A stretch of DNA of 64,000 bases, taken from the NCBI GenBank assembly GCA_004431415.1, contig QPMI01000652.1, positions 19,959 to 83,958 of the forward strand. Direction: 5' to 3'. Source of the DNA: Cyanophora paradoxa CCMP329 (Eukaryota > Plantae > Glaucophyta). How positions within the stretch are numbered: the stretch's first letter is position 1; the number at the start of each line of letters is the position of its first letter. Shown here piece by piece: positions 60,698 to 64,000 of the stretch. A model generated the notes under the pieces. It did no database searches. It had not been told where the DNA came from and saw nothing but the letters and a program-made list of their open reading frames with translations. The translations under genes and the position numbers were made by a program.

Positions 60698-63414
60698 ATG
60701 TTCAGCGTGGTCAAGGACGCCTACGAGGTCGCCGAGTTCGACGGCCTGTGGGGCCGGGACCGCCTGATCCTGCTGCGCTCCGACGCCGGCCTCGTCGTGC
60801 CCGTCGCCGAGCTGCGCCGCATCCTCATCTACGCCCCCGATGAGCCGCCGGAGGACCCCGACCGGGCGCTGGCGGACCTGTACCGCGTCCCCTGCAGGCC
60901 CGTCGCGAGCGAGGAGACGATCCTGCTGCTCGAGATGCTCGGCGTGATCCGCCGCGGGGCGCACCGGCCCGACGGGAGCCCGCCGCGCGTCGTCTCCCTC
61001 CGCCACGCCGAGCAGATCGTGTGCGAGCGGTGGGACGAGGACCCCGGGGTGAGCGCGAGGAAGCGGTGCGTCGCCCGCCACATCCCGCCGCGATCGAGCG
61101 CCGCCGGCTCGAGTCGTTCGAGCGCGTCGAGCTCCGCGTCCTCCGCCTCGGCCCTCCAGCGCCACCGCGTCTTTGCCCTCCGCTGCAAGCGCATCGAGGT
61201 CCCGTGAGCGGCGCCCCCGACCAAGCACCGCCCCGGCGCCCCGCCCGCCCCGCGCCCCACGCTCACCCGGCCTCAGGACGTCGAGTGGTACGCGCCCATC
61301 GCGTCCCTCGCGCAGGCGGCGTACGGCTCCTCGCGGGACGTCCCTCGCTGCGGGCCGAGATCAGGCGCAAAGCACCCCGACCTCGGGGCCGACTCGCCTT
61401 TTCGCTTCGAGGCACGGACCGACGTCGTCGGGCGGGCCCGCTTCGCCCTCCTCACCAAGGCGCGCGCCCGCCTCCCGCCTCCCGACGCGCCCGGGCGCCG
61501 GCTGATCGATATTGTGACCGCCCGCGGCCGGGGGGTCAGACGCTGACGCTGTACGCCGGGCTGAACGCCGAGGTCGAGGGCGAGGCGACGCGCGGGGCGG
61601 CGCGCAAGTGGGGCTTCATCAGCCTCGCCGGCGCCGAGAGGATCCTCCAGGGCCTGCCGCGCTTCGGACGAGCTCCTCGTGCCGTTCCGCCGCCAGCGCC
61701 TCGCCTCGAGGGCGCCGACGCCGCCGAGATCGAGGCCGCGCCGCTGCCCCTCGCCCCCGCCCGCCGCATCGCCATCTTTACGAAGCGCGAGTGGCTCACG
61801 GTAAGCAGAGGGACGCGCGGGGCCGGGGCGCGGGATCGAGGCGGAGGGGCCGGGGGCGCTGACGCGGGCGGCGGCGGCAGGACCAGCACATCGCCAACTG
61901 CCTCTCGATCGTGCTGGCGCGGGCCAGCGCGGCGCCCCGCGTCCGAGCCCTGTACCCCATGACGCTCGACATTGCGACGAGCCTCCTGCCGCCGCCACGC
62001 GCGCGCCAGCCCCGAGAAGCGCCGGCGCCGCGCCCTGGGGGCGGCGGAAGGAGGGGCGCGTCATCCTCTGCCCGTCTCGGGCGGGCTCGTGCGCGCGGGT
62101 CGGAGCGAACCTGGAGCGCGGGGGGCCACTGGACGCTCCTCGTATCTCCGGCGACCTGCGCCGCACCCGCTACTTTGACAGCCTGGGCGCGCGCCCGGAC
62201 CCGTCGCTGGAGCGGGCGGCGAAAAAGGCCTTTCCGAACTTTGAGTTCGAGGTCGAGACGCAGCTGCGGCTGCAGGCCGATGGGTACCAGTGCGGCATCT
62301 GTGCGCGCCCGCCGCCGCTCAGCGAGTGGTACCGGTACGGTGCAAGGGGAAGGACGCCGACGCACCCGTGCGCGCGCAGGGGTCCTCTACTTTGCGGAGA
62401 GCGTGGTGAGCGAGGCGCTCCTCGGCTTTCCCTGGGACGACGAGCTGCGCACCGGCGCCCTCCACTACCTGCGCACCAAGTCGCCCTCGTACGAGGAGAG
62501 AAAGGCGATCAACGGGCGCTTCATCGCGGGAAAGAGGGAGCACTTTCGGAGCCTGCTCGAGTCGGCGCTCGTCGGCGACGTCTACCTCTTCTGCGAGGCC
62601 GACGTCGCCGATCCGGAGCGCGTGACGCTCCCGCCGCCGGCCGCCGCGGGCGAGGCCGCCGCCGCCGCCGCCGCCGCCGCCGAGGGGAGGCCCCGCCGGC
62701 GGGCGGACGGGGGGCCGCTGGTCATCTCCTCGTCCTCTTCCTCGTCGTCCTCGTCGTCCGCCCCGTCCGACGAGGCCGACGAGGCCCAAGGCGGGGCCGC
62801 GGACGGCGGCGCCGACGGCGAGGCAGAGGGCCTGGAGCTGGAGGCGGCGCCGGAGGCGAGCGAGGGCGAGGGCGAGGGCGAGGGGGCCGCAGAGGGCGGG
62901 CGGTCGCGCCCGGAGCCGTACGCGCTGCCGGAGGGCGAGTGGAGCCGCGAGCTGCGGGCGCAGATGAAGCTCTTCGAGGAGTGGAGGACGAGGGCGATCA
63001 ACCCGGACCGCGCGGGGGCGGCCGTCGAGCGGAGCACGGCCCTGACGAACGACGTCGGTGAGCGGGCGCGGCGGCGGCGGCGGAGATGCATATGGGCGGG
63101 GCGGGGGACGGAGGAAAGGGGGCTCACGGGGAATCGACGCAGGGACGGTGGGGCGCTTCCTGGGGTACCTGGCGGCGAGGGAGGAGGTCAGACCGCTCTC
63201 GTTCGACGTCTTCTCGCGGGGGGACCTGATCGACCTGTGGATGCGGTTCCTGACGTTTCTCAAGGAGGAGAGGAAGCTCACCGCGGGGACGCTGAGCGGC
63301 TACACCAGCTCGATCATCATGGCCGCCGCCTTTGTGCACTCGAGGACGGGCGCCGCGACGGGGAGCGAGGGCCCGCACGCCCGCGCCCTGAAGAACGTCA
63401 AGGTCAGAGGCGCT

Positions 63415-63459
<45 letters not shown>

Positions 63460-64000
63460 GGAGGAGAGGGCGGAAGAGGGTCGGGGCGGGGCTACGAACC
63501 CGACGCCCGCCCGCCCGCAGGCGCAGCTGGAAAAGGAGAAGCGGGAGGAGCGCAAGTGGCGGCCGCGGGGCGAGAACTGGGTCGAGTACGAGCAGGTCCT
63601 GGGCGCCCGGCTCGCCGCCCTCGAGCAGTACGAGGGCGCGAAGACGGACTACGAGCGGGCCCAGGCCCTCCGCGAGGCCTGCCTCCTCGGCTTCCTCGCC
63701 GTCACGCCGGCCCGCGTCGGGATCATCCGCCGCCTGCGCGTGGGGGTGAGCCTGCGGCGCGACGCGGGGGCGTGGTGCATCGTCATCGACTCGATGCGGG
63801 CGGACGACGGGACGGGGGAGATGGCCCTCGCGAGCAAGACGGCCCGCTTCCACGGGGCCCTCTCGATCCCCGTCGCCGCCGTCCTGCAGGAGCCGCTCAC
63901 CCTCTTCGTGGAGCGCTTCCGCCGCCTCCTCATCCCCGACGGCGCCCCCGACCAGCAGTGGCTCTTCACCAGCTCGAGCGGCGGCGTCCTCAGCGAGAGC
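60698..64000 (+). CDS. Multi-exon fusion: N-terminal putative DNA-binding repeats + Ulp1/SENP (C48)-like protease + tyrosine recombinase (3' partial)
   Basis: TATA near 60619. Protease motifs: REWLT|DQHIANCL, GHWTLLV, RYFDSLG, QADGYQCG (1-nt frameshift near 62143). YR core-binding region: RFLGYL...FLTFLKEERKLTAGTLSGYTSSI. YR catalytic region: NWVEYEQV...LLGFLAVTPARVGIIRRL...SKTARFHG...WLF. The HxxR and Tyr motifs lie beyond the window. Confidence 0.8.
63424..63462 (+). repeat. (GA)n microsatellite in an intron of the recombinase gene
   Basis: Direct reading of the sequence. Confidence 0.9.

Overview
GC-rich eukaryotic DNA with GT-AG introns. It looks like part of a large integrated virus-like or giant mobile element. 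Left end: a 5'-truncated gene joining an AEP/PrimPol domain, a Zn-finger and a UL9 (origin-binding-protein)-type SF2 helicase. Right end: a 3'-truncated, intron-containing gene joining a Ulp1/SENP-type protease to a tyrosine recombinase. Four tandem arrays of 120-160 bp units share one ~33-bp core; three arrays are convergent (head-to-head), and copies of a 13-2-13 bp dyad lie ~0.6-1 kb from them. Other contents: a cluster of short intronless ORFs sharing a CGGGAWTCCCG + TATA/GATAAAA upstream motif (TFIIB-like, Skp1/BTB-like), two paralogous RING-like genes, and a 7-exon divergent histone H3 with CenH3-like features. A lower-GC block (~28.7-45.6 kb) holds minus-strand genes (AAA+ ATPase, RING-like, ankyrin), and intergenic DNA is dense in short perfect palindromes. 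Several CDSs have apparent 1-nt frameshifts (sequencing error or decay). All domain calls come from motif recognition by eye; no searches were run.
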